From assembly GCA_964640215.1 (NCBI GenBank), contig CAZXEW010000059.1, positions 1 to 54,515 of the forward strand: a stretch of DNA of 54,515 bases. Direction: 5' to 3'. This stretch comes from an uncultured Gammaproteobacteria bacterium. Lineage in GTDB: Bacteria > Patescibacteriota > Microgenomatia > Daviesbacterales > UBA10151. Positions 18,488 to 30,297 of the stretch are shown here, piece by piece (the first letter of the stretch is position 1; every line of letters starts with the position of its first letter). Both the position numbers and the translations under genes were made by a program. The notes beneath the pieces are model-generated. The model was not told the origin of the DNA and searched no databases. It saw only the letters and a program-made list of their open reading frames with translations.

Positions 18488-19543
18488 TTAAGTTTTTAAC
18501 AACCGGTTGAGCACCTGGGGTCGGAGCGAGTAGTTTTGGGCTACCTCAATAGTAATCAGACCTTCTTTGACCAGCTGAACAAGCGAGGTTTCGAGTAGAC
18601 GCATGCCGTACTCACCGGATGTTTGAATCATATTGTCAATTAAATGAGTCTTGTTATCGCGGATGACCGAACGCAGAGCCGGTACTCCAAAAGCGATTTC
18701 AGAGGCCATGGCCCGTCCGGGGCGGATTGTTGGGACCAGTCTTAGAGAAATGATGGCTTCAATGACCGAGGCAAATTGGCTCCGGATTTGAGGTTGCTGA
18801 TTTTCCGGGAAGACATCGATCACCCGATCGACTGTTTGAGCCGCTGAGTTGGTGTGCAGCGTGGCGAAAACCAGATGGCCGGTTTCGGCGATGGTCATGG
18901 CAGCGGCGATAGTTTCCAAATCGCGCATCTCACCGATTAGGACAACATCCGGATCTTCGCGTAGGGCGTATTTCAGAGCATTGTCCCAGGAGAGAGTATC
19001 GGACAAGATTTCCCGCTGAGAGACAAGGGCTTTGGCTTTGGGATAGACAAATTCGATTGGGTCTTCAACGGTAATAATGTGGCGACCTTCGGTTTGATTG
19101 AGTTGATTGATAAAAGCCGCCAGGGTGGTCGATTTGCCGTTGCCGGTCGGTCCGGTGACGAGTACTAAACCTTGTCGCAAATTGACGATTTTGGCGACTG
19201 ATTCCGGCAACCCGGTTTGGGGAATGGTTCGGATAGTGGAGGGAATTAGCCGGAATGAGGCGGCGTAGTGGGAGCGTTGTTTATAGATATTGACCCTAAA
19301 TCTGGCGGTATTTTGGTAATCGAGTCCTAAATCGAGTTCCCATTTTTTTTGTAACATTTCCAGTTGAGGGGGTGTTAGGATGCTTTGCAACATAGAATCC
19401 AGATCGGATGGGATAAGATCCGGGTGGCCCGGAACTTTTATCAGTTCACCGTTGATGCGCAGGTGGGGGGCATAACCGACCAGCAAGTGCAGGTCCGAGG
19501 CTCCTCTGACAATGGTTAATTCCAATAGTTGGTTGATATTCAT
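18488..19543 (-). CDS. pilT: Type IV pilus retraction ATPase PilT
   Basis: GASDLHL, GPTGNGKSTTLA, TVEDPIE, ALREDPDVVLIGEMRD, AETGHLVFATLHT. Confidence 0.95.
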   Translation of the reverse strand: MNINQLLELTIVRGASDLHLLVGYAPHLRINGELIKVPGHPDLIPSDLDSMLQSILTPPQLEMLQKKWELDLGLDYQNTARFRVNIYKQRSHYAASFRLIPSTIRTIPQTGLPESVAKIVNLRQGLVLVTGPTGNGKSTTLAAFINQLNQTEGRHIITVEDPIEFVYPKAKALVSQREILSDTLSWDNALKYALREDPDVVLIGEMRDLETIAAAMTIAETGHLVFATLHTNSAAQTVDRVIDVFPENQQPQIRSQFASVIEAIISLRLVPTIRPGRAMASEIAFGVPALRSVIRDNKTHLIDNMIQTSGEYGMRLLETSLVQLVKEGLITIEVAQNYSLRPQVLNRLLKT

Positions 19544-19555
19544 AACGTATGCTTT

Positions 19556-19620
19556 CCGCTTACAGCTGACTGCTTACTGCCAGAAATGTGGCGGTTAGCG
19601 GTGAGCGGTTTGCTGTCAGC
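19556..19620. repeat. Heptamer inverted-repeat element between pilB and pilT
   Basis: ccgctta cagctga ctgctta ... gcggtta gcggtga gcggttt; same family as the recG inserts. Confidence 0.85.
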
Positions 19621-21311
19621 TAGTCTTGTGCGACTCTCAGGACCTCCTCCATGGTCGTGATGCCTTCGATGACTTTTAGGTAGCCGTCCTGTTTGAGAGT
19701 AATCATGCCGTCTTCAATGGCCTGGTTTTCAATAACATCGCTGGAGGATCGCTCCAAAATGAGTTTAACCTGTTTTTCGCTGACTGGCAAAACTTCATAA
19801 ATACCGGTTCGACCATTGTAACCAGAATAGCCACAGTTACCACAACCATTACCTTTATAAAGCTGGACAGTTCCTTTAGGCATTAGTCGGCCTAAAACTT
19901 GGGTAATATTATCAAGTACTTCTTGAGGAGGCGTATAGGAAATTTGGCAATGAGTACAAATCTTGCGCAATATCCGTTGTCCGACAACAGCGTTGATGGC
20001 TGAAGCCACTAAAAATGGCTCAGAGCCCATATCGAGCAAACGAGGCAGGGCGCCGGAAGCTGAGTTGGTATGGAGTGTTGAAAAGACTTGGTGTCCAGTT
20101 AGCGCTGCTTGGATGGCTAACTCCGCGGTTTCAGTATCCCGAATCTCACCAACCAACATGATATTGGGGTCTTGTCGCAGAAATGAGCGCAATGCATTGG
20201 CAAAAGTCAGGCCGATGGTTGGATTGACTTGGACTTGGTTGGTACCAGGAATTTGGTACTCAACCGGATCCTCAACTGTCAGAATATTAACTTTGGTGGT
20301 CGAGAGTTTAGACAGAATCGAGTAGAGAGTGGTAGTTTTACCAGAGCCGGTCGGACCACAGATCAGGATAATACCGTGAGGCCGGAGCAGTTGTGATTCG
20401 AGGGTTTTTAAACTGCCGGCCCGAATACCCAATTCCTGAAGAGTCGGGGCTTTTTGAGATTTTGGCAATAATCGCAACACTACTTTCTCGCCAAAAACAG
20501 TCGGGATGGTTGAAACCCGAAGGTCGATAACCAGTTTGTCATGGTCGTAAGAGAACCGTCCGTCCTGAGGCAATCGGCGTTCATCGATTTTGAGGGTGGA
20601 CAGAATTTTGACCCGGGAAACAACTGCTTCGTGAACTTTTTTGGGCAAAATAATTTTTTCATGCAAAATGCCGTCGATCCGAAAGCGGACCCGGGTTTGA
20701 TTTTCAAGGGGTTCGATATGAATATCCGAGGCGTTGGCTTTGATGGCGTACTCCAATAGTTGGGTGACGATGTTGGCAACCGGAGCCTCTTGAATGATTT
20801 CCGCTTTGTCGTTTTCGACAACCTGAGGAAGACCAATACTAACTTCTTTGAGGGCTGAGGCGACTTCAGTGGTCAGGTTTTGGGAGTATTGGGAATTGAT
20901 AGCTTTGGTGACGTCTTCGATGGAAGCTAAAAAGCGTTTGACTTGTAAACCGGTCTTTTTTTCAATAAATTGAATTACTTGCAAATCGAGTGGGTCGGCC
21001 ATTGCCACCAATATGCTGTCCAGATCTCGTTGAAAGGGAATAAGTTGGTAGCGCCTGGCCACAGCCTCTGGGACTAAGTTTAAAACCTCTGTTGAGATTG
21101 CTTTGCTTTCGACTTTGACAAAAGGTAAGCCTAAAATTTGGGCCTTGGCTTCGACTATTTTTTCGAGTGGGGCAAAATGGTGTTCCAGGATGATTTTTTC
21201 AGTGGCGTGGCCGGTGTTGATACTTTCGAGTTTGATGGCTGAGACTTGAGGGCTGGTCAGGATACCCTGAGAAGCTAAAATATCTTCAATGTTTAGTTGT
21301 AGTTGACTCAT
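19620..21311 (-). CDS. pilB: Type IV pilus extension ATPase PilB (GspE family)
   Basis: ASDIHIEP, RLPQDGR, GPTGSGKTTTLY, LRQDPNIMLVGEIRD, CTHC/CGNC zinc motif. Confidence 0.96.
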   Translation of the reverse strand: MSQLQLNIEDILASQGILTSPQVSAIKLESINTGHATEKIILEHHFAPLEKIVEAKAQILGLPFVKVESKAISTEVLNLVPEAVARRYQLIPFQRDLDSILVAMADPLDLQVIQFIEKKTGLQVKRFLASIEDVTKAINSQYSQNLTTEVASALKEVSIGLPQVVENDKAEIIQEAPVANIVTQLLEYAIKANASDIHIEPLENQTRVRFRIDGILHEKIILPKKVHEAVVSRVKILSTLKIDERRLPQDGRFSYDHDKLVIDLRVSTIPTVFGEKVVLRLLPKSQKAPTLQELGIRAGSLKTLESQLLRPHGIILICGPTGSGKTTTLYSILSKLSTTKVNILTVEDPVEYQIPGTNQVQVNPTIGLTFANALRSFLRQDPNIMLVGEIRDTETAELAIQAALTGHQVFSTLHTNSASGALPRLLDMGSEPFLVASAINAVVGQRILRKICTHCQISYTPPQEVLDNITQVLGRLMPKGTVQLYKGNGCGNCGYSGYNGRTGIYEVLPVSEKQVKLILERSSSDVIENQAIEDGMITLKQDGYLKVIEGITTMEEVLRVAQD

Positions 21312-21424
21312 GGCAGATAGGTTAAGGTTAATACATTTTAGCGATTTCGGGGGCCAATTAGCAACTTAGAGAAATGTTATATCTAATTTACGGATTGAAG
21401 TATTTTGGTTATAATCTTTGACTG

Positions 21425-22066
21425 ATGAGCTCAAAGTTAATTGTCGGAGGTGACCTAGAATTATTAGCCCACTATTTTAAAGTAAAATTAGCTGCAATGG
21501 ATCTAGAAAATCCCAATCCAAATTTACTTTACATCAGCGGCGATATGAAAGTGGGGGTCGATCAGGTTAAAAGAATTAAAGATTTTTTTCTGATGAAAGC
21601 TTATGCGGGGCTAGTTAGAGTGGTCGTTGTTGAAAATGCTAATGCTTTGAGTGAGATTTCCCAAAATAGTTTGCTGAAAACGATTGAGGAGTTGGGGGAG
21701 GGATCAATATTGGTGTTGGGAGCAACTCAGACCAATAATCTCTTGCCAACATTGCTATCAAGATTACTAATTGAAACGTTAAAAGAGGGTGCAGGAGACT
21801 TGGGTCAAAAGGATGATCTTGAAGTCGAAAAGTTACTGGCAGCTGATATCAGTGAACGCTACGCCTACGTCGAAAGATTGAAAGAAAGGGCGGATTTGTT
21901 GGATAGTTTGGTCGTCTATTTTCAGCGACGATTGCGATCGGATTTATCCAGTATCGATTGTTTAAAGAAGCTAATGGAAGCTAAAAAGTGGCGTGAGGCC
22001 AATGTTAACGAACGGGCAATTCTAGAGTATTTAATGCTGTTGTTACCGCAGATAACTGAATATTAG
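21425..22066 (+). CDS. Short DNA polymerase III delta-prime-like subunit
   Basis: VVVVENANALSEISQNSLLKTIEE and LLPTLLSR match HolB motifs; no zinc module. Confidence 0.7.
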   Translation: MSSKLIVGGDLELLAHYFKVKLAAMDLENPNPNLLYISGDMKVGVDQVKRIKDFFLMKAYAGLVRVVVVENANALSEISQNSLLKTIEELGEGSILVLGATQTNNLLPTLLSRLLIETLKEGAGDLGQKDDLEVEKLLAADISERYAYVERLKERADLLDSLVVYFQRRLRSDLSSIDCLKKLMEAKKWREANVNERAILEYLMLLLPQITEY

Positions 22067-22099
22067 CTTGTTACATCAATCTAATCGTCAAGTCCAAAC

Positions 22100-22128
22100 T
22101 TGCAAAAATAAGGGTGACCTGTTAAAAT
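22100..22128 (+). promoter_or_regulatory. Sigma70-type promoter for gyrB
   Basis: TTGCAA-N17-TAAAAT; ATG at 22140. Confidence 0.6.
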
Positions 22129-22130
22129 AA

Positions 22131-24158
<2,028 letters not shown>

Positions 24159-24207
24159 ACTATCCTGTAGTTTGTAAATGACTCCTAAAACTGGTATAAT
24201 CGAGGCC

Positions 24208-24951
24208 ATGGATAGTCAAGTATCAGTAGTGGTTTTAGCGGGCGGCAAAGGAACTCGAATGAACTCTGAGTTGCCAAAAGTTCTACATGTGCTGGGTGGT
24301 CAGCCGATGATCTTCCGAACTCTTGCCAAACTCAAAATGTTGAACCCTGAGCAGATTGTGGTAGTAGTTGGATACCGGAAAGATGAAGTTAAAAATCGAA
24401 TTACTCCGCATTTTGACTGTCAATTTGCAGTTCAGGACCAACCGTTAGGATCTGGACATGCGCTAAAAGTGGCTTTGCCAGTTCTTTTCTCAGGAGTAAA
24501 GAGTGTTTTAGTCGTCAATGGAGATGATTCATCGTTTTATTCGCTGGAGACTTTAGAGCAATTTATCGCTTCCCACCAAAGAAATCAAGCAGTGGCCAGC
24601 ATGATGACCTTGACCAAGACGGGGGATCATCGACTTGGGAGGGTACTCAGAAGGTCAGACGGCCGTTTTGAACAAACAATGGAGGCGGCTGAATATTTCA
24701 TGAGTGGTATGCAAAGTGACGAGATTAATTGCGGGGCTTATGTTTTTGATGTTGACTGGCTACACGAGAATATTGAGAAGGTTCCCTTAAATGAAAAGGG
24801 CGAGTATTATATTACCGAACTTTTTAACATGGCCCGAGAAGAAGATCAATTGATTAATCTATATACGCTGACAAACGAATCAGAATGGGTTGGGGTTAAT
24901 ACTCAAGATGAGCTGACTTTTGCAAATCAGCTAATCGGCAGAGTGGAATAA
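24208..24951 (+). CDS. Sugar-phosphate nucleotidyltransferase, GlmU N-terminal domain only
   Basis: LAGGKGTRMNSELPKVLH, QPLGSGHA, EINCGAY, GEYYIT, GVNTQDEL; ends before the LbH domain; TGGTATAAT 7 nt before ATG 24208. Confidence 0.85.
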   Translation: MDSQVSVVVLAGGKGTRMNSELPKVLHVLGGQPMIFRTLAKLKMLNPEQIVVVVGYRKDEVKNRITPHFDCQFAVQDQPLGSGHALKVALPVLFSGVKSVLVVNGDDSSFYSLETLEQFIASHQRNQAVASMMTLTKTGDHRLGRVLRRSDGRFEQTMEAAEYFMSGMQSDEINCGAYVFDVDWLHENIEKVPLNEKGEYYITELFNMAREEDQLINLYTLTNESEWVGVNTQDELTFANQLIGRVE

Positions 24952-24968
24952 GAAATAGGAGATTTTAA

Positions 24969-25274
24969 ATGTCTCAAATGGAACGTATTGAATCTAACCC
25001 TTATGGAATACTAGAAAGCCGCCGGCAATTTATTGCAGCTGTGGAACTTAGGATGATGAGAGGTTTAAACCCCCGTGGCGAAGGAGACATATTCGAAGGT
25101 GCTAAGATAGTCCAAACACCAGAAGGAGGTTGCAAGTTAGAAGACACTGGCCGCATCTATCCTAGATTTTTGGCACAGAGTGATTCTAAAGGTAACTATA
25201 GATTTGAGTTGTTTAATGAAAGCGATTTGGCTGGTTTCGATTCGTCGGAATTCACGGTTGTCCAAAATCCATAA
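24969..25274 (+). CDS. Hypothetical protein
   Basis: 101-aa ORF filling the gap between the GlmU-like gene and murC; no recognised motif. Confidence 0.55.
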   Translation: MSQMERIESNPYGILESRRQFIAAVELRMMRGLNPRGEGDIFEGAKIVQTPEGGCKLEDTGRIYPRFLAQSDSKGNYRFELFNESDLAGFDSSEFTVVQNP

Positions 25275-25312
25275 AACAGGCAATCTTAGCCAAAAAATAT
25301 TACAATAAGCTT

Positions 25313-26605
25313 ATGAGAAACGTTCATTTCATGGGCATTGCGGGATCGGGGGCTTCTGCAGTGGCAGCGATAGCACAGGCTGAAGGGTTTGAGGTAAGCG
25401 GCTGCGACCAGACAGAGGTACACAATGAGTTTACGGCAGGCTTTGCGAATGTACGGCTGATCCAGGGGCACTCGGCGGAACATATCAAGGATGTCGACTT
25501 ACTAGTTATTTCTCCGGCAATTCCGGCTTTAGACCCGGATAATCCTGAGCTAAAAGCGGCCAAATCAGCCGGCATTCCGGTGTTGACCTGGCAGGGTTTT
25601 ATGGGCAAGTATCTCGAGAAGGATAAATTTGTGATTGCGGTTTGCGGCACTCACGGAAAATCAACCACCACGGCCATGATTGCCAAATTACTACAGGATA
25701 CAGGGTTGAACCCTACAGCTGAGCTGGGGGCGGTGGTGCCGGAGTGGCAAGCTAATTATCGGGTGGGGAAAAGTAAATATTTTGTGACTGAGGCGGATGA
25801 GTTTAATGATAATTTTTTGGTGACGCAGCCGGATATTGCAGTGATTACCTCGTTGGAGATGGATCACCCGGAATATTTTAAGGATTTCGAGAGTTATAAA
25901 AGTAGTTTTATTAAATTCTTAAGCCAAACAAAGCAATTGATTATCGCCAATTTGGCTGATCCAAACGTGGCCGAGGTAGTTAAAGTGGCGATGAAACAAA
26001 CGAAGGCCAGCTGCATTGACTACTCCAAAAGCGATTTTGAGCTGAAGCTGCAGGTTCCGGGTGATTACAATGTCCTAAACGCTCAGGCAGCCTGTCATGT
26101 TGGCCTAGCATTAGGGGTTGAACCCCTAAAGATCAGGCAAAGCTTGGAAAGTTATCAAGGAATTGGCCGTCGGCAGGAGTTAATCGGGAAAGTCAACGGG
26201 GCGCCGGTATTTTCGGATTTTGGACACCATCCGACCGAGATCCGAGTGACCGTCGAAGCACTGAAAAAGGCTTATCCAGATAAAAAGTTGTGGTTGGTCT
26301 TTCAACCGCACATGTTTTCCCGGACAAAAGCCTTATTTAATGAGTTTGTCAGGGTGTTGAAAGAATTGCCGGCGGAAGGCACGGTTGTGTTGGATATTTA
26401 TCCATCTCGCGAGATCGACAGAGGGGTGGTTTCGAGTAAAGAGTTGGTTGAGGCGATCAATTCGGTAAAGGTCGAGTATGCCAGCGATTTTGAGAAATTA
26501 GCCGGGGAATTTTCGAAGTCTTTAAGCGGTGATGATGTTTTGGTCTTTATGGGGGCGGGGTCAATTGACAAAGTAGCGAGAGAGTTTGTGGATATGTCAT
26601 CCTGA
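25313..26605 (+). CDS. murC: UDP-N-acetylmuramate--L-alanine ligase
   Basis: HFMGIAGSGAS, GTHGKSTTT, EADE, DFGHHPTEI, FQPH.FSRT. Confidence 0.93.
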   Translation: MRNVHFMGIAGSGASAVAAIAQAEGFEVSGCDQTEVHNEFTAGFANVRLIQGHSAEHIKDVDLLVISPAIPALDPDNPELKAAKSAGIPVLTWQGFMGKYLEKDKFVIAVCGTHGKSTTTAMIAKLLQDTGLNPTAELGAVVPEWQANYRVGKSKYFVTEADEFNDNFLVTQPDIAVITSLEMDHPEYFKDFESYKSSFIKFLSQTKQLIIANLADPNVAEVVKVAMKQTKASCIDYSKSDFELKLQVPGDYNVLNAQAACHVGLALGVEPLKIRQSLESYQGIGRRQELIGKVNGAPVFSDFGHHPTEIRVTVEALKKAYPDKKLWLVFQPHMFSRTKALFNEFVRVLKELPAEGTVVLDIYPSREIDRGVVSSKELVEAINSVKVEYASDFEKLAGEFSKSLSGDDVLVFMGAGSIDKVAREFVDMSS

Positions 26606-26671
26606 ACGTCAGGAAGGATCTCTAGATTCAGTCTTGAGATTCTTCTCTGGCAAAGCCGGATCAAAGTGACA
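26595..26671. repeat. Degenerate paired REP-like palindrome spanning the murC stop
   Basis: tgtcatcctgaacgtcaggaaggatctctag...gagattcttc...gtgaca. Confidence 0.65.
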
Positions 26672-26676
26672 ATGTT

Positions 26677-27966
26677 ATGAAATATAAAGACAAAAAAATA
26701 TTGGTAGTTGGGTTTGGGGTTGAGGGCAAGGCGTTGGTCGATTATTTTTTGGATCAAGAGGCAAAAGTGAGTGTGGCTGATCAAAAGAGTCAGCCGGAAC
26801 TCGGTCAAGCTTATATTGATTACCAGGACAAAGTCGACTGGAAGCTAGGAGATGGGTATTTAGATGGACTGACAGAATTTGATTTGATTGCTTATTCCCC
26901 GGGATTAAAGTTGGCTGCTTATCAGAAAATTCAAAGCAGTGGCGTGAGCACAGTGACCCAAATGCAGTTATTTTTTAGCCAGTCACCTACCAAAAATATC
27001 ATTGGGGTAACAGGCACGAAAGGGAAAGGGACGACCTCGACTTTGATTTATGAGGTGCTGAAACAGTCTGGTAAAACTGTTTACTTGGCCGGAAATATCG
27101 GGGCTGGTGTCTTATCTTTGCTAAAATTTTTAAAGCCCGAGGACTGGGTGATCTTGGAGTTGTCCAGTTATCAGCTGCGGGATCTGACTGTCAGTCCCCA
27201 CATCGCTATCGTTTTGAATATTACCCCGGATCATTTGGATGTCCATCCCAGCTTTGAAGATTATGTTTCGTCAAAAGCCAATATTGTCCGATTTCAAAAA
27301 GAAGATGACTTTGCCTTATTAAATAATGAGTACCCCGAAACTAGAAAGCTGGCCGAGCTGACTAAGGCTCAGATTAGGCTTTTTAGCAAAGATGATTTTC
27401 GAAAGAGCGGGCTCAAACTAGAGATCCCGGGGGAGCACAATTTTGAGAACGCGGCGGCGGTATTGGGGGTGGTGGAGATTTTGGGGATTAAATCAGAAGT
27501 AGTATCAGGGGTATTTGAAGAATTTAGTGGGTTGCCGCACCGGCTGGAGGAGGTGGCAATGATTAGGGGAGTTAAGTTTATCGATGATTCGTTTGCGACC
27601 AGTCCGTCGCCGACAATTGTTGGTATTAAAGCCTTTAAACAACCGAAGCTGGTGATCTTGGGTGGGTTTGGTAAAATTGATGATTTTTCCGAACTGGCTA
27701 GTGCGATTCAGGCTGATTCATCGGTTAAGAGAGTGCTGGCAATTGGTAACAGTGGGTCGAAAATTATCGAGGCTTTGAGAAAAGTTGGCTATGATCAGAT
27801 TGAAGAAGGATTTGCAAATATTCAACAAGTAGTGAAAAAAGCTCAGGAGTTAGCGGAGCCAGGAGATATTGTTTTGTTGTCGCCGGCTGATTCGTCGTTT
27901 GACTGGTTTAAAAATTATGCTGATCGGGGAGAAAAATTTGCTGAAGCGGTTTTAAAAATGAGGTAG
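26677..27966 (+). CDS. murD: UDP-N-acetylmuramoyl-L-alanine--D-glutamate ligase
   Basis: GVTGTKGKGTT, GNIG, LELSSYQL, NITPDHLD, LPHRLE, DDSFAT, LLSPA.SSFD.F.NY.DRG. Confidence 0.95.
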   Translation: MKYKDKKILVVGFGVEGKALVDYFLDQEAKVSVADQKSQPELGQAYIDYQDKVDWKLGDGYLDGLTEFDLIAYSPGLKLAAYQKIQSSGVSTVTQMQLFFSQSPTKNIIGVTGTKGKGTTSTLIYEVLKQSGKTVYLAGNIGAGVLSLLKFLKPEDWVILELSSYQLRDLTVSPHIAIVLNITPDHLDVHPSFEDYVSSKANIVRFQKEDDFALLNNEYPETRKLAELTKAQIRLFSKDDFRKSGLKLEIPGEHNFENAAAVLGVVEILGIKSEVVSGVFEEFSGLPHRLEEVAMIRGVKFIDDSFATSPSPTIVGIKAFKQPKLVILGGFGKIDDFSELASAIQADSSVKRVLAIGNSGSKIIEALRKVGYDQIEEGFANIQQVVKKAQELAEPGDIVLLSPADSSFDWFKNYADRGEKFAEAVLKMR

Positions 27967-27976
27967 TTCTCCGCTT

Positions 27977-28051
27977 CGGTCGAACAATATGTGAAGACGG
28001 TCGAACAATATGTGAAGACGGTCGAGCGATATTTGAAGACGGTCGAGCGAT
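27977..28051. repeat. 21-bp tandem direct repeat (about 3.5 units)
   Basis: cggtcgaacaatatgtgaaga x2, cggtcgagcgatatttgaaga, then partial cggtcgagcgat; no spacers. Confidence 0.9.
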
Positions 28052-28095
28052 GTTACTGAGAATATTATTCTTCGAGCGAAGAACGAGTCGATTTG

Positions 28096-28121
28096 TCCTC
28101 CGTAGTTTTAAGGAAGGAGGA
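28096..28121. repeat. Short palindromic element (tcctcc-N14-ggagga)
   Basis: tcctccgtagttttaaggaaggagga; the right arm supplies an AGGAGG upstream of the hydrolase gene. Confidence 0.5.
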
Positions 28122-28132
28122 GAAGTTACATT

Positions 28133-28879
28133 ATGTATATAAATATTGAGGGGCGACAAATTTATTACCAAAAGGTCGGCAAAGGCAAGGATTTGGTTTT
28201 GCTGCATGGCTGGGGACAGGATGTGTCAACCTGGTGGGGGGTGGTGGATTCGTTGAAGGAAGATTTTACAGTGTGGATGATTGATTTGCCCGGGTTTGGG
28301 AGGAGTGAGGTCCCTAAATCTGGCTTTTCGAACAGAGATTACGCCGAAGTTGTCCGTCAGTGGATTGAGGCACTAGATTTAAAACAGCCGGATTTGCTGG
28401 GTCACTCATTCGGAGGCAGAGTGGCAATCAAATTAGCGGCTAGCCATCCAGAAATATTAGGACGATTAATTTTAGAGGATTCAGCCGGGATTAAACCCGG
28501 ACAGGATTTCCTAAAACCGTTAATATATGTTTTAGCCAAAGTTGCTAAGCAATTATTGCCTAATTGGTTTAATTTTAGGGACAGAATTAGGCGAAGTTTT
28601 TACCAAAGTCTGGAGGCAGATTATATTGATGCGGGGGCGATGAAAGACACTTTAACCAACTTACTTGAAGAAGATTTGAGTGGGGATTTGGATAAGGTAA
28701 AAAGCGACGTTTTGCTGATTTGGGGCGAGAATGATCGGGCAGTCCCTTTAAAATATGGCCGGCAGATGTACCGCCAGATCGAGAAATCAAAGCTTGAGGT
28801 AATCGATGGAGTCGGCCATTTTCCACATTTAGAGAATCCGGACAGGTTTACTTATTATGTTAAGGATTTTTGCTCATGA
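28133..28879 (+). CDS. Alpha/beta fold hydrolase
   Basis: LHGWG, DLPGFG, GHSFGG nucleophile elbow, WGENDRAVP, GHFPHLE. Confidence 0.92.
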   Translation: MYINIEGRQIYYQKVGKGKDLVLLHGWGQDVSTWWGVVDSLKEDFTVWMIDLPGFGRSEVPKSGFSNRDYAEVVRQWIEALDLKQPDLLGHSFGGRVAIKLAASHPEILGRLILEDSAGIKPGQDFLKPLIYVLAKVAKQLLPNWFNFRDRIRRSFYQSLEADYIDAGAMKDTLTNLLEEDLSGDLDKVKSDVLLIWGENDRAVPLKYGRQMYRQIEKSKLEVIDGVGHFPHLENPDRFTYYVKDFCS

Positions 28880-30297
28880 AGAGATTATTTAATACGGTTT
28901 TTCCGGTGTTAGACCACTTGTATATTTTCCAGAATTTGGAATACGAGGTGCCGAGATTTTTGAAGTGGTTTTTAAAGCATCCCTACAACCGGAATTTACA
29001 AAGAAAGCATCAGCTGGAGCTCACCGCCAAGGCCGGTATTTTACTGGTGATTAGTTTGGTTTTGATAGTGCTGACGGCTGTTTTAGCCTCGCTTTATTTG
29101 AAGAATGGCAGTATTGGACTGGTTATCTTGGGTTTAATTTTTGTAAATATTGGCCCAGTTTTTTTAATGGCCAGCCAGATTTTTCTTCGGCCGATCGAAG
29201 AGTACCAAAAACGAAAAATAGTTAGGGCGGCAAAAGCCAGGATTAGCCAGTTGAAGGATCTAAAAATTGTGGCGATTACCGGTAGTTTTGCGAAGACTTC
29301 GACTAAAGATATGTTGTATACCCTGCTTTGGAAAGATTTTCGGGTAGTTAGGACTCCAAAAAGTTATAACACTTATGTATCGATTGCCCGGACTATTTTG
29401 GAGGATTTAAAAACTAACACAGAAGTTTTTTTGGTGGAGATGGATGCTTATCACAGAGGAGAGATCGACCAGTTATCAAAATTGGCTAGGCCGGATTTGG
29501 CAGTGATTACCGCAATTGCCGCTCAACATTTGGAGCGTTTCGGCTCAATGGAAATGTTGGCTAAGACTCAGTTTGAAATTGCCGAGAATTTAGCTGAAGA
29601 AGGTCTATTGTATTTGAATTCTAGTGACGAGTGGTCGCGGAAGCTGGAGGGCGATTACGGCGTTAATAAGGGTTTTTTTGGGTTGAATCCTGCGGACAAC
29701 TATCATGCTAGTGAGATTAAACAAACAACCCGGGGGATGGCATTTAGGTTGTATGGGCCGACTGGACAAGTTGAGGTCGAGCTACCTTTGTTTGGTAAAC
29801 ATCATGTAGTTAATTTTCTGGCCGCAGCCGCGGTGGCGAACCAGTTGGGTTTAAGTTTAAAGACGATTCAAAAAAGGGCGGCCTTAGTGTTGCCGACACC
29901 TCATCGATTGGAGCTGATCCGGCGGGGCAATTTAACAATTATAGATAACACCTATAACACCAACCCGACTGCTTATAAATCTTCATTTGATTTGTTAAAT
30001 AATTATCCGGGAGCCAAAAAGATTTTGATCACCCCTGGTTTAGTGGAACTTGGGGCAACTTTTGGTGAGGAGAATCAGCAATTTGCGAAAGATGCCGCTG
30101 GCGTCGCTGATGAGATTATTATTGTTGGTCAAAATGCCAGGGCCGAGTTAAATAAAGGGCTACATCAGGCAGATTTTTCTAAAGATCGGTCTCATTACGT
30201 CGACTCAACCAGCGAAGCGATGAATTTATTGCCAAAAGTGACTATTCCTGACAGCGTGGTGCTGTTAGAAAATGATCTGCCTGACCAGTATTTTTAG
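28876..30297 (+). CDS. murF: Membrane-anchored Mur ligase, MurF-like
   Basis: Two N-terminal TM segments, ITGSFAKTSTK, TPKSYNT, EMDAY, PHRLE, IIDNTYNTNP, ITPGLVELG, LENDLPD; ATGA overlap with the hydrolase gene. Confidence 0.8.
   Translation: MKRLFNTVFPVLDHLYIFQNLEYEVPRFLKWFLKHPYNRNLQRKHQLELTAKAGILLVISLVLIVLTAVLASLYLKNGSIGLVILGLIFVNIGPVFLMASQIFLRPIEEYQKRKIVRAAKARISQLKDLKIVAITGSFAKTSTKDMLYTLLWKDFRVVRTPKSYNTYVSIARTILEDLKTNTEVFLVEMDAYHRGEIDQLSKLARPDLAVITAIAAQHLERFGSMEMLAKTQFEIAENLAEEGLLYLNSSDEWSRKLEGDYGVNKGFFGLNPADNYHASEIKQTTRGMAFRLYGPTGQVEVELPLFGKHHVVNFLAAAAVANQLGLSLKTIQKRAALVLPTPHRLELIRRGNLTIIDNTYNTNPTAYKSSFDLLNNYPGAKKILITPGLVELGATFGEENQQFAKDAAGVADEIIIVGQNARAELNKGLHQADFSKDRSHYVDSTSEAMNLLPKVTIPDSVVLLENDLPDQYF

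Noticed and set aside
27977-28051. Possible CRISPR array
   Set aside because: Units are contiguous 21-mers with no unique spacers, and no cas genes are in the window.
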